DNA of 64,000 nt, from contig CAZESS010000005.1 of assembly GCA_964514975.1 (NCBI GenBank), positions 1-64,000 of the forward strand, given 5' to 3'. This stretch comes from an uncultured Thermoplasmatales archaeon (lineage in GTDB: Archaea > Thermoplasmatota > E2 > UBA202 > DSCA01). Position numbers and translations under genes: made by a program. Under the pieces are notes generated by a model. The model was given only the letters and a program-made list of their open reading frames with translations, did not search any database and was not told the DNA's origin. Below, in pieces: positions 9,355-17,193 of this stretch (its first letter is position 1; every line of letters starts with the position of its first letter).

Positions 9355-10401
9355 TCACAGCAGGTACAGCATGATGTTTCCCTGCTCGTATCGGCCGTAC
9401 TGCAGGATGATATGGCAGAATATATGCAGGAAACGCCGGCCGCGCTCCGTCAGAGAGTAGGCGTTGTCATCCTGCACGATGAGACCACGGTCCGCCAGGA
9501 GGTTGAGATGGTAGGCGAGCCGCGACGAAAACGGCATGTCCAGCTTTTCCAGCAGGTCCGAATAGGTGAGCGAGCGATTGGTGTCGAGCACGTAGATGAT
9601 CTTCCGCCGGGCCTCATGGGAGAGCACCGTCATCACCTCGTCGATGTACGACCCGATAGAGGAATCGTGTAGGCTGGAAAGCACCCACCTCTCCGACCGT
9701 CTATCGCCAAGGAGCATCAGCACCCCGTCGGACTGGTCCATGTACCCGTAGAGCCATGCGACGTAGTCACGTAGCAGGTCCTCCCCCCAGGCTTTTTCCA
9801 GCGCGGCGAAGCCGCCGTGGGCCACGCAGCCCGTCTCCCGCCCGGAGCAAAACCGCCGTATCGTGTCTTTCAGGCGGTTGAGAGAGACATCTTTGTCGGG
9901 GGCAACGTGAACGGTTTTTTCGGACGCTGTCTCGAACGTGTCCTTGAACCGCTCCGCGTTGTCTGAGATGAGCAGGATGGGTTTATCTGCGGCCCGCCGC
10001 CTGATGTGCTCCTTGACCGCCGCCTGCATATCGACGTGCAGGGGAACGGAGGATTGGGTGGCCTCGCTGATGACATCTACGAGGTCCTCGGGCTCGAACG
10101 GCTTCGTCACGAAATCGGCGGCGCCCAGCTTGAATGCTGTGACCGCCGCCTCGACGCTCCCGTAGCCGGTGACGACGATGAACCGGGTGTCCGGGAGCGA
10201 GCGTTGCGCTTTCCGGAGCATGTCCAGCCCGTGCATGTCCGGGAGCACCAGGTCGAGGACAACCGCGTCATATCGGGCATCGGCGAGCTGTTGGAGGGCT
10301 CTTGCGCCGCAGTCAGCCGTTTCAAGGCTAAAATGAGGGTTGAGATACTGTTTCAGCATGTCCCGGTAGGCCGGGTCGTCGTCGACGAGCAGCACCTTCA
10401 C
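9355..10401 (-). CDS. Response regulator: REC + DUF835-like middle domain + C-terminal winged helix-turn-helix
   Basis: KVLLVDDD, phospho-Asp in VVLDLVLPDMHG, TG, FVTKPF; C-terminal LSHEARRKIIYVL...RLAYHLNLLADRGLIVQDDNAYSLTERG (ArsR-like wHTH). Confidence 0.85.
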   Translation of the reverse strand: MKVLLVDDDPAYRDMLKQYLNPHFSLETADCGARALQQLADARYDAVVLDLVLPDMHGLDMLRKAQRSLPDTRFIVVTGYGSVEAAVTAFKLGAADFVTKPFEPEDLVDVISEATQSSVPLHVDMQAAVKEHIRRRAADKPILLISDNAERFKDTFETASEKTVHVAPDKDVSLNRLKDTIRRFCSGRETGCVAHGGFAALEKAWGEDLLRDYVAWLYGYMDQSDGVLMLLGDRRSERWVLSSLHDSSIGSYIDEVMTVLSHEARRKIIYVLDTNRSLTYSDLLEKLDMPFSSRLAYHLNLLADRGLIVQDDNAYSLTERGRRFLHIFCHIILQYGRYEQGNIMLYLL

Positions 10402-10543
10402 GGTATCTCTCTCATATCGTGTTCATATCGTGTAAGCCACGGCCAACCCGCCCCGTGAACCGGAGGGCGCCTCCGCCTGTATCGTAAATTATATAATCAT
10501 ATTTAAACATTGTTACCCCTGCTATTCCGTCAATAGATAAAAA

Positions 10544-10571
10544 AATTTTGTATAACGCCCTATACAAAATT
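10544..10571. promoter_or_regulatory. Perfect 11 bp inverted repeat in divergent promoter (candidate operator)
   Basis: AATTTTGTATA-acgccc-TATACAAAATT inside the AT-rich 10480-10591 spacer between the regulator and the dockerin B gene. Confidence 0.55.
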
Positions 10572-10591
10572 ATTTTAATTTTATATACATT

Positions 10592-11527
10592 ATGGCTACC
10601 GTCACCATGACTCGCGCCGATGCGCTAGCGGTATTGCTCATCCTCATAGCACTGACAGCCACACATATAGCACCGGCAGTCGCCGGCGAGACGGAAACAC
10701 TGACGGTGGACACCGACGCCGGCAGCTACCCCCGGGATGCCACGGTCACCATAACCGGCATCCTTGCCAATAGCAGCGGCGGCATCTCCGGGGAAACCAT
10801 CGGGATATCCGTCGAGGACAGCCTGGGCATCATCCTGTTCACCGACAACCCGACAACCAACCAGAGCGGCTGCTACGCCACGGATTTCACCATCCCGTCA
10901 TCGGCGTCAACAGGCACCGCAACCATCTACGCCGCCCATGGAACGGCGCACAGCAACGCCACATTCACCATTACCTCAGAGGACACCACACCGCCGGAGA
11001 TACAAAACGTGACCGTGTCCCGCAGCGTGCTCCCCGAGGACACCGACGGCTCCCCGGCATGGGGGGAAACATCCAACGTGTCCGTCACCGCCACCGACAC
11101 CGGCGGCATAGCCGCCGTGACCGTCAATCTGGCCCCGCTCGGATGGAGCATCGCGCCCATGCATCCGGGAGCAGCCGGCTGCTGGCATCGCATCGTGAAC
11201 GCATCCGTTGGAACTGCCACGTGGAACGGCAGCACCGGGCAGTATGACCCGCTGAACCTTGTGATAAATGTCACGGATACAGCCGGCAACTGGAACACCA
11301 CCAGCGTTGCCCTCACCATCTGGAAAAACGGCGATATAAGCGGCAACGGCGACGTCAACCTCTACGACACATCATACCTCGCGAAACACCTGCTCGGCCA
11401 GCCCGCATATGCATCCCTGGCGGATAGCGTCGCCGATGTCAGCGGCAACGGCGACGTCAACCTCTACGACACATCATACCTCGCGAAACACCTGCTCGGC
11501 ACGCAGGGCTACGGGGTGTTACATTGA
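10592..11527 (+). CDS. Secreted protein with MG2-like head, one Ig-like domain and C-terminal dockerin (dockerin B)
   Basis: Signal peptide; TDAGSYPRDATVTITG; C-terminal GDISGNGDVNLYDTSYLAKHL...ADVSGNGDVNLYDTSYLAKHL; paralog of 211..1737. Confidence 0.85.
   Translation: MATVTMTRADALAVLLILIALTATHIAPAVAGETETLTVDTDAGSYPRDATVTITGILANSSGGISGETIGISVEDSLGIILFTDNPTTNQSGCYATDFTIPSSASTGTATIYAAHGTAHSNATFTITSEDTTPPEIQNVTVSRSVLPEDTDGSPAWGETSNVSVTATDTGGIAAVTVNLAPLGWSIAPMHPGAAGCWHRIVNASVGTATWNGSTGQYDPLNLVINVTDTAGNWNTTSVALTIWKNGDISGNGDVNLYDTSYLAKHLLGQPAYASLADSVADVSGNGDVNLYDTSYLAKHLLGTQGYGVLH
11339..11500. repeat. Perfect 60 bp direct repeat encoding both halves of dockerin B (11339-11398 and 11441-11500, 102 bp period)
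   Basis: AGCGGCAACGGCGACGTCAACCTCTACGACACATCATACCTCGCGAAACACCTGCTCGGC occurs twice. Confidence 0.95.
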
Positions 11528-11545
11528 AACCAGGAGGCATATAAA

Positions 11546-13513
11546 ATGAACAACATAAACCGTTTAGCTGCCATCGCGGCAGCGGCCATGCTCCTCGCGC
11601 TCATCGCTCCATCATCGTCCACGGCAGCCGACACACCGGTAGCGGTGTCCATACCCGACTGCGGCGCCCTGCCGGGCGAGACGACATCCGTAGCCATCGT
11701 CATCCACAACGTCTCAAACATCATGACCGGCGAGATAAACCTGACATATGATGCATCGGTCGTCCACGTGACCTCGGTCCAGGACAGCGATTTCGACATG
11801 TTGACCGTCAACATGCAAAACGCGAGCGGCTACACACGAATCGGCGGATGGCAGTTCTCCAGCCCGCCCATGAACGGAACGATAACGCTGGCCACCGTCA
11901 CCCTGAAAGCGACCGGGGACGAGGGCGACCGGTCACCGCTCGCCTTCGCCAAAATCGAGCTCATCAACGAAAGCGACGTCATCCTGCCGGACGAGCCCGT
12001 CAATGGAACCTTTACCATCCCCGATGGCACCGCCCCCCGGATAACCGATGGCTCTCCCGCCACGGCCACCGCCGGCGAAACCTACACGTTCGCCGCCACC
12101 GTAACTGACAACGATGCCGTTGCAGATGTCACCGTTGAATACTGGAACATGACGGGGCATCACGTCAACCGCTCCATGGACAAAAACGGCAACAGCTACC
12201 AGTACACCGTCGACGTCCCGCCCGCAACGGAGCAACTGCATTACATCATCGCCGCCAGCGACGCCAGCGGCAACTGGAACAGCACATCCGGCGACGTCAC
12301 CGTCACCGACGACATGCCGCCATCCATCTCCGATATATCCGCCAATCCTGTTTCGCAGCAGCCCGGCGGCACGGTGAACATCACGTGCACCGCCAGCGAC
12401 AACGTACAGGTGCAGGATGTCACGGTCAACATCACCCATCCGGACAGCAGCACCGAAATCGTCGCCATGTCACGGGTGCCAGATACACCTACCTACTACC
12501 ACGAGGCAGCATACACCACCACGGGCGAGCACCGGTTCCACATATGGGCATCCGACGGCAGCAACAGCGCCACCTCGACCGTGCATACATTTGAAATCAT
12601 CCCACAGCACACCCTGCACACCACGGTTATGCCGGCCGGAGCGGGCACCATAGATCTGCAGCCGGACGGGGGCACCTACCCGGAGGACACCACGGTCACC
12701 GTAACCGCCAGCCCGTCACAGGGCTACACGTTCCACCAGTGGAGCGGCGACGCCAGCGGCGGCAGCACCACGATGCAGGTAACGATGACCCGGGACATCA
12801 GCCTGACAGCCCATTTCACCGAAGCGCCGTCCCCGCCACCGGAAAACCAGCCGCCATCCGTGTCCCTTGATACCCCCGCCGATGGCGCCACCGTCACGGG
12901 CAATGTTACAATTGAGGGTACCGCCAGCGACAGCGATGGCTCCGTCACATCAGTCGACATCAGTATCGATGGCGGTGGATGGCAGACCGCGACGGGAACC
13001 AGTGATTGGAGCTACACCTGGAACACCTCCAGCGTCGCCAACGGAGACCACGTCATCAGGGCGCGGAGCTACGACGGCGAAAACTATTCAGATGTCGCCG
13101 CCGTACCTGTCGAGGTGTCCAACAACCATCCACCGGCGGTCACCATAACAACGCCACCTCCCGGAACGACCGTAAACGAGGCGGTGCTGGTCAGAGGAAA
13201 CGCCAGCGACCCCGATGGAAACACGTCCATCACAAAGGTGGAGGTAAAAATCGGCAACCAGTCCTGGACGACCGCCGACGGCATCGAAAACTGGGCATGC
13301 CCGCTCGAGCCCGAGACGTTGAGCGAGGGCGCGTGCACCATCCAGGCCAGGGCCTACGACGGCACCAGCTATTCCGATATCACATCCATCACCGTGACCA
13401 TAGACACCGCCGGGGAAAGCAGCAGCGGCGTCGGGATGCTCCTTCCCATTCTGGCTATCGTAGCTGCCATCGCAGCGGCCATCATCATTCTCCTGTTACG
13501 GAGAGGCACATGA
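11546..13513 (+). CDS. Membrane-anchored cohesin-domain protein with Ig-like stalk
   Basis: GGAGG RBS; signal peptide; cohesin-like N-domain (PGETTSVAIVIHNV...INLTYDASVVHVTSV...GTITLATVTLKATG...SPL...VNGTFTI); Ig, InlB-B-like (GYTFHQWSGD) and Big_7-like domains; C-terminal TM plus RR. Confidence 0.8.
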   Translation: MNNINRLAAIAAAAMLLALIAPSSSTAADTPVAVSIPDCGALPGETTSVAIVIHNVSNIMTGEINLTYDASVVHVTSVQDSDFDMLTVNMQNASGYTRIGGWQFSSPPMNGTITLATVTLKATGDEGDRSPLAFAKIELINESDVILPDEPVNGTFTIPDGTAPRITDGSPATATAGETYTFAATVTDNDAVADVTVEYWNMTGHHVNRSMDKNGNSYQYTVDVPPATEQLHYIIAASDASGNWNSTSGDVTVTDDMPPSISDISANPVSQQPGGTVNITCTASDNVQVQDVTVNITHPDSSTEIVAMSRVPDTPTYYHEAAYTTTGEHRFHIWASDGSNSATSTVHTFEIIPQHTLHTTVMPAGAGTIDLQPDGGTYPEDTTVTVTASPSQGYTFHQWSGDASGGSTTMQVTMTRDISLTAHFTEAPSPPPENQPPSVSLDTPADGATVTGNVTIEGTASDSDGSVTSVDISIDGGGWQTATGTSDWSYTWNTSSVANGDHVIRARSYDGENYSDVAAVPVEVSNNHPPAVTITTPPPGTTVNEAVLVRGNASDPDGNTSITKVEVKIGNQSWTTADGIENWACPLEPETLSEGACTIQARAYDGTSYSDITSITVTIDTAGESSSGVGMLLPILAIVAAIAAAIIILLLRRGT

Positions 13514-13555
13514 TGACCAGCGAACACGGTGAATGATGCAAAAACGTCAGTATCC

Positions 13556-14020
13556 ATGATGATCGTTCCCGCCTGCAGAAATGGCACAACGACGCAGCCC
13601 ACGCAGAGAGTGCTAGTCATAGATAACGAACAGGAGGTGCACCAGTTGATACGGGAATACCTTCCATCCCGGTTTACGGTGTGCTCCGCCTATGACGGAA
13701 CAGAGGGCTGCACGATGTACCGGGAGCTGTCCCATGCGGGAAAAACACCCGATGTGGTGGTCATGGACCTCAACCTCTCCGAAACTAGGTCACATGAAGG
13801 CATGATACGGCAGATGCAGGGCAAGGAAATGGACGGCGTGGCCGCCACCAAAACCATATTGAAATATGACCCGGAGGCCACCATCGTCGGGTTCAGTGCG
13901 TTCGCCGACATGGAGTGGGGTGAACGGCTTAAACAGGCAGGAGCACAAAGGGTGTTCGGTAGAAACATCGGCTTCGAGAGTTTCGCCGAACAAATCGAGG
14001 AAATAATATCCAGGCAATAA
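13556..14020 (+). CDS. Stand-alone atypical receiver (CheY-like) protein; start uncertain (GTG 13529 or ATG 13556)
   Basis: RVLVIDNE, PDVVVMDLNL...MDGVAATKTI, SAF; ~15 aa insert after the phospho-Asp; canonical KP replaced by FGR. Confidence 0.75.
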   Translation: MMIVPACRNGTTTQPTQRVLVIDNEQEVHQLIREYLPSRFTVCSAYDGTEGCTMYRELSHAGKTPDVVVMDLNLSETRSHEGMIRQMQGKEMDGVAATKTILKYDPEATIVGFSAFADMEWGERLKQAGAQRVFGRNIGFESFAEQIEEIISRQ

Positions 14021-14107
14021 CAAAATTGTATCATCCTGTATCGATATATTTTTATACCGCCGGCAGGGAGGGGCATAACGTTTTTAATGGCTGGATGTTG
14101 ATAGCCT

Positions 14108-15388
14108 ATGAAGCGGGCGCCGCGGAAACTGCTCGATGTCAACGAGGCCACGGTTGACACGAAAAACGCGTCGGCGCTCTGCCTGAAATGCCGGGGCGCT
14201 AAGCGATTGTGCGGCAAGGACCGCTGTCCGATCATGGTGAAACTGTATTCGCAGAAAAAAACCCGGCCGTTGATAGATGGGACGTCGCTGCATGGCGCGA
14301 CGCCGCCGTCTGTCTTCGTCGGCCGCTATGGATATCCGAAGGTCAGCGTGGGGCCGATGGTGCCGCCGGTCCATGGTGACACCTCGATGGTTGACACCCC
14401 GGAGCTGTGGCGGGGGAAGAGCATCGACGACATCGTCGACTTCCGGATGAAGCTCGTCCGGGGCAAATACCGCACCCCGGTGGATGATTTTTCTGGAAAA
14501 ATCGTTGACTACACGCGGGAGGTCGGCCTCGCCGCGCGGTCGGTTGACACCGAGCTGACGTTCACCAAAAGGCCTCGGGGCTCGATTGCGCTGTATGACA
14601 GCGTGCAGCCCCATGGCCCCTCGGGTTCGATTAAAAAGGTCTGGGTGGAGAATCCCTCGGTGGACAGGCAGGTCGAGAAGGCGTTTTATGACGGGGATTT
14701 AAAAGCGAAGGATGCGGTGCTTGAGCTGTACAACAGCGACGTGCTGGTCTCCCGTATCCAGAAGGCGTTTTCCGTCGGCGCGTTTGGGATAGAAAACAAC
14801 CGGAGGTTCGTGCCGACCCGGTGGAGCATCACCGCCGTTGACTCCACCATCGGCAACGAGCTCAAGGGGCGGGTGAAGCGCTATCCCTACATCAACGAAT
14901 GCCGCGTGTATGAGACATATAGCCTGGACAACCGCTGGCTGGTGGTGATGTACCCGGCGAGCTACGAGTATGAGCTCATCGAGGCCTGGTTTCCGAACAC
15001 GACGTGGAATCCCTCCGGGCGGCGCATCGTCATCTTCGGCGACCACGAGTTTTATGACGGCCGGACGTCCTATGCATCCATTGGCGGCTGCTACTATGCG
15101 GCGCGGCTGGCCACCGCCGAGGCATTGGACAGGGAGCGACGGCAGGCGGGCATCGTGGTGCTCCGTGAGACCCATCCCGGCTACATCATGCCCGTCGGCG
15201 TGTGGAACGTCCGGGAGAATGTCCGGGCGGCGCTGCAGAGCGACCCGCATCGCTTCGACTCGCTGCGACAGGCGCTGGGCTACGTTGAAGGCATGATGGA
15301 CATCCCGCTGCACCGGTGGATTGAAACGAGTGAGCTGTTGCAGAGCCGGCTGTTTCAGCGGCGGCTCGACGACTACCTGGAACCATGA
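14108..15388 (+). CDS. nreA: Nre-family archaeal DNA repair protein
   Basis: N-terminal CxxCxGxxxLCGxxxCP, PPSVFVGRYGYPKV, VPTRWSITAVD, GGCYYAARLA, PVGVWNVRENVR; C-terminal PIP-like QRRLDDY. Confidence 0.9.
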   Translation: MKRAPRKLLDVNEATVDTKNASALCLKCRGAKRLCGKDRCPIMVKLYSQKKTRPLIDGTSLHGATPPSVFVGRYGYPKVSVGPMVPPVHGDTSMVDTPELWRGKSIDDIVDFRMKLVRGKYRTPVDDFSGKIVDYTREVGLAARSVDTELTFTKRPRGSIALYDSVQPHGPSGSIKKVWVENPSVDRQVEKAFYDGDLKAKDAVLELYNSDVLVSRIQKAFSVGAFGIENNRRFVPTRWSITAVDSTIGNELKGRVKRYPYINECRVYETYSLDNRWLVVMYPASYEYELIEAWFPNTTWNPSGRRIVIFGDHEFYDGRTSYASIGGCYYAARLATAEALDRERRQAGIVVLRETHPGYIMPVGVWNVRENVRAALQSDPHRFDSLRQALGYVEGMMDIPLHRWIETSELLQSRLFQRRLDDYLEP

Positions 15389-16170
15389 AGCAACTGTGGT
15401 GTAAGACGGCGCTTTCCCCGTCGGGGCTGCCCGGCCTCGACTATGCGTTGAACCCCTATGCGGGGTGTGCCCATGGCTGCCGCTATTGCTATGTCCCGGC
15501 GGTGCTCCATCAGCCGCGCAGCGAGCTGACCGATGTCGCGGCAAAAATCAACATCCCGCAGGTGCTCCGCCGCGAGCTGAAACACGGGCGGCATGGCGTC
15601 GTGGGCGTTTCGACGGTCACCGACCCCTATCAGCCCGCCGAGCGGGAATGCCGGCTCATGCGGAAATGTCTCCCGCTGCTGCACAAACGGAACATGGCCG
15701 TGGACATCCAGACAAAGTCGGGGCTGGTGAGGAGGGACATCGACCTGCTGCGGCGTTTCAGCCATGTCGCGGTCGGCATCACCATTACCACGCTCGATGA
15801 AAACGTGCGGCGGCTCCTTGAGCCCTGTGCTCCGCCGGCTGACCGACGGCTGCATGCGCTGCGGGAGCTCGCCGATGACGGCATTTCAACCTATGTTTTT
15901 TTCGGCCCGGTGCTCCCCGGCCTTGACGTCGATGATGTCGCGGGATATGTACGGCGCTTCGCGGATGCCGGTGTCGATGAGCTCATGGTTGACACGTTAC
16001 ACCTCAAGCCGGGTGTCTGGGACAGCGTCGCCACGGCGCTCCCCGACGAGCTCCGGGAGCTGTACCGCCGGCGGCTGCGACGTGACAGCGGCTATTATCC
16101 CGCCGTTATCGAGGAGATCGAAAAAGCCTGCCGGCGGCTCGGCCTCCACTGCAGCCGTGCGTTCCGCTAG
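15385..16170 (+). CDS. Radical SAM protein, SplB/DNA repair photolyase-like family
   Basis: LNPYAGCAHGCRYCY, STVTDPYQPAE, QTKS.LV.RDIDLL, LEP.AP...RRL. Confidence 0.85.
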   Translation: MKQLWCKTALSPSGLPGLDYALNPYAGCAHGCRYCYVPAVLHQPRSELTDVAAKINIPQVLRRELKHGRHGVVGVSTVTDPYQPAERECRLMRKCLPLLHKRNMAVDIQTKSGLVRRDIDLLRRFSHVAVGITITTLDENVRRLLEPCAPPADRRLHALRELADDGISTYVFFGPVLPGLDVDDVAGYVRRFADAGVDELMVDTLHLKPGVWDSVATALPDELRELYRRRLRRDSGYYPAVIEEIEKACRRLGLHCSRAFR

Positions 16171-16682
16171 CGCCGCTGCATGTTTTCGTGCAGCCGGCGC
16201 AGCCGTCCGGCACCGTCGACGTCGTCGATGACTGTTTCGACGGGTGATGGCACGAGGTCGCGCCAGGCCTCGTCGCCCTGCACCATCATGTTCCTGATGA
16301 CGGTGCCCCGGTAGCGCTCCCGCTCGTATTCCGGGGTGTCCTCGATCGTGTAGCCGGCGGCGCCGAAAATCTCTCGGATGAGCGGTTTGTTGGACAGCAC
16401 GACGTCGAAAGATGGGCAGAGGTCGGCCACATGATGGGGGTACAGGCCGTAGCGGTTGATGTCGGGGACGGGTACGATGAAGACATCGGTGCCAAGGGAG
16501 GAGAGGGCTCGCTGCGCCATCAGGATGCGTTCGCCGCCGGTGAACGGGTTGGCCGGGGTGTAGCTCTGCCGGGCGGAGCCGACGGCGACGACGAGCTCGC
16601 CGTACCGGTCGAGGGCGTATTCCGCGACGCTTGCATGCCCGCGGTGGAAGGGCTGGTATCGCCCGAGGAGAAGCGCTCGCAT
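16167..16682 (-). CDS. nadM: Nicotinamide-nucleotide adenylyltransferase
   Basis: RALLLGRYQPFHRGH, VGSA, NPFTGGERI, GTVIR, WRDLVP. Confidence 0.9.
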   Translation of the reverse strand: MRALLLGRYQPFHRGHASVAEYALDRYGELVVAVGSARQSYTPANPFTGGERILMAQRALSSLGTDVFIVPVPDINRYGLYPHHVADLCPSFDVVLSNKPLIREIFGAAGYTIEDTPEYERERYRGTVIRNMMVQGDEAWRDLVPSPVETVIDDVDGAGRLRRLHENMQRR

Positions 16683-16772
16683 ACCGTAAAAACGCCGCGC
16701 TGCTTAAAAAGGTATTGCCGGCGGGGTGAAATCCTATATAGCGACAGGCGTTGTACCACCGGCGTGAAACAC

Positions 16773-17033
16773 ATGTCTATCGAAAACGTTTTGAAGACCA
16801 GGGAGGAGATGCTTCAGCGGCTGTACATGTACGCCCGCGAGAACGATGCCGCGCCGATGCCCGCTGGAGAGTTCCCCGACAAAATCGATGACCGTGTCAG
16901 GGTGTTCAACCTGTATTTCCTCCATGAGGGAGGATACGTCCGGGAGGAAGCCGCTGCCTCCGGAAAGCAGTACCGTATCACCGCGGCGGGCATCCAGCTC
17001 TACGAGGAACTGTACGGCAGATACAACATATAG
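16773..17033 (+). CDS. Small hypothetical protein, probable winged-helix fold
   Basis: ATG 16773 downstream of a TATA-like CTATATA; NLYFLHEGGYV...YRITAAGIQLYE resembles a wHTH wing. Confidence 0.55.
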   Translation: MSIENVLKTREEMLQRLYMYARENDAAPMPAGEFPDKIDDRVRVFNLYFLHEGGYVREEAAASGKQYRITAAGIQLYEELYGRYNI

Positions 17034-17072
17034 AGGAACATTTTTTAACGACGGTGGCATTCCCTATCGGCT

Positions 17073-17193
17073 GCCGGCGTAGCTTAGCGGTAGAGCGGCT
17101 GACTTGTAACCCTTGTACGCAAACGGCGTAAAAGCGCTAGCGGAAAAGGGGCAGGACATCAGCAGGTCGAGGGTTCAAATCCCTCCGCCGGCT
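17073..17193 (+). tRNA. tRNA-Thr(TGT) with 49 nt intron at 37/38 (intron 17109-17157)
   Basis: Acceptor GCCGGCG/CGCCGGC, D arm TAGCTTAGCGGTAGAGC, anticodon stem GCTGA/TCAGC, T arm GAGGGTTCAAATCCCTC. Strict BHB: helix CTTG/CAGG with bulges TAA and ACA. No encoded CCA. Confidence 0.92.
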
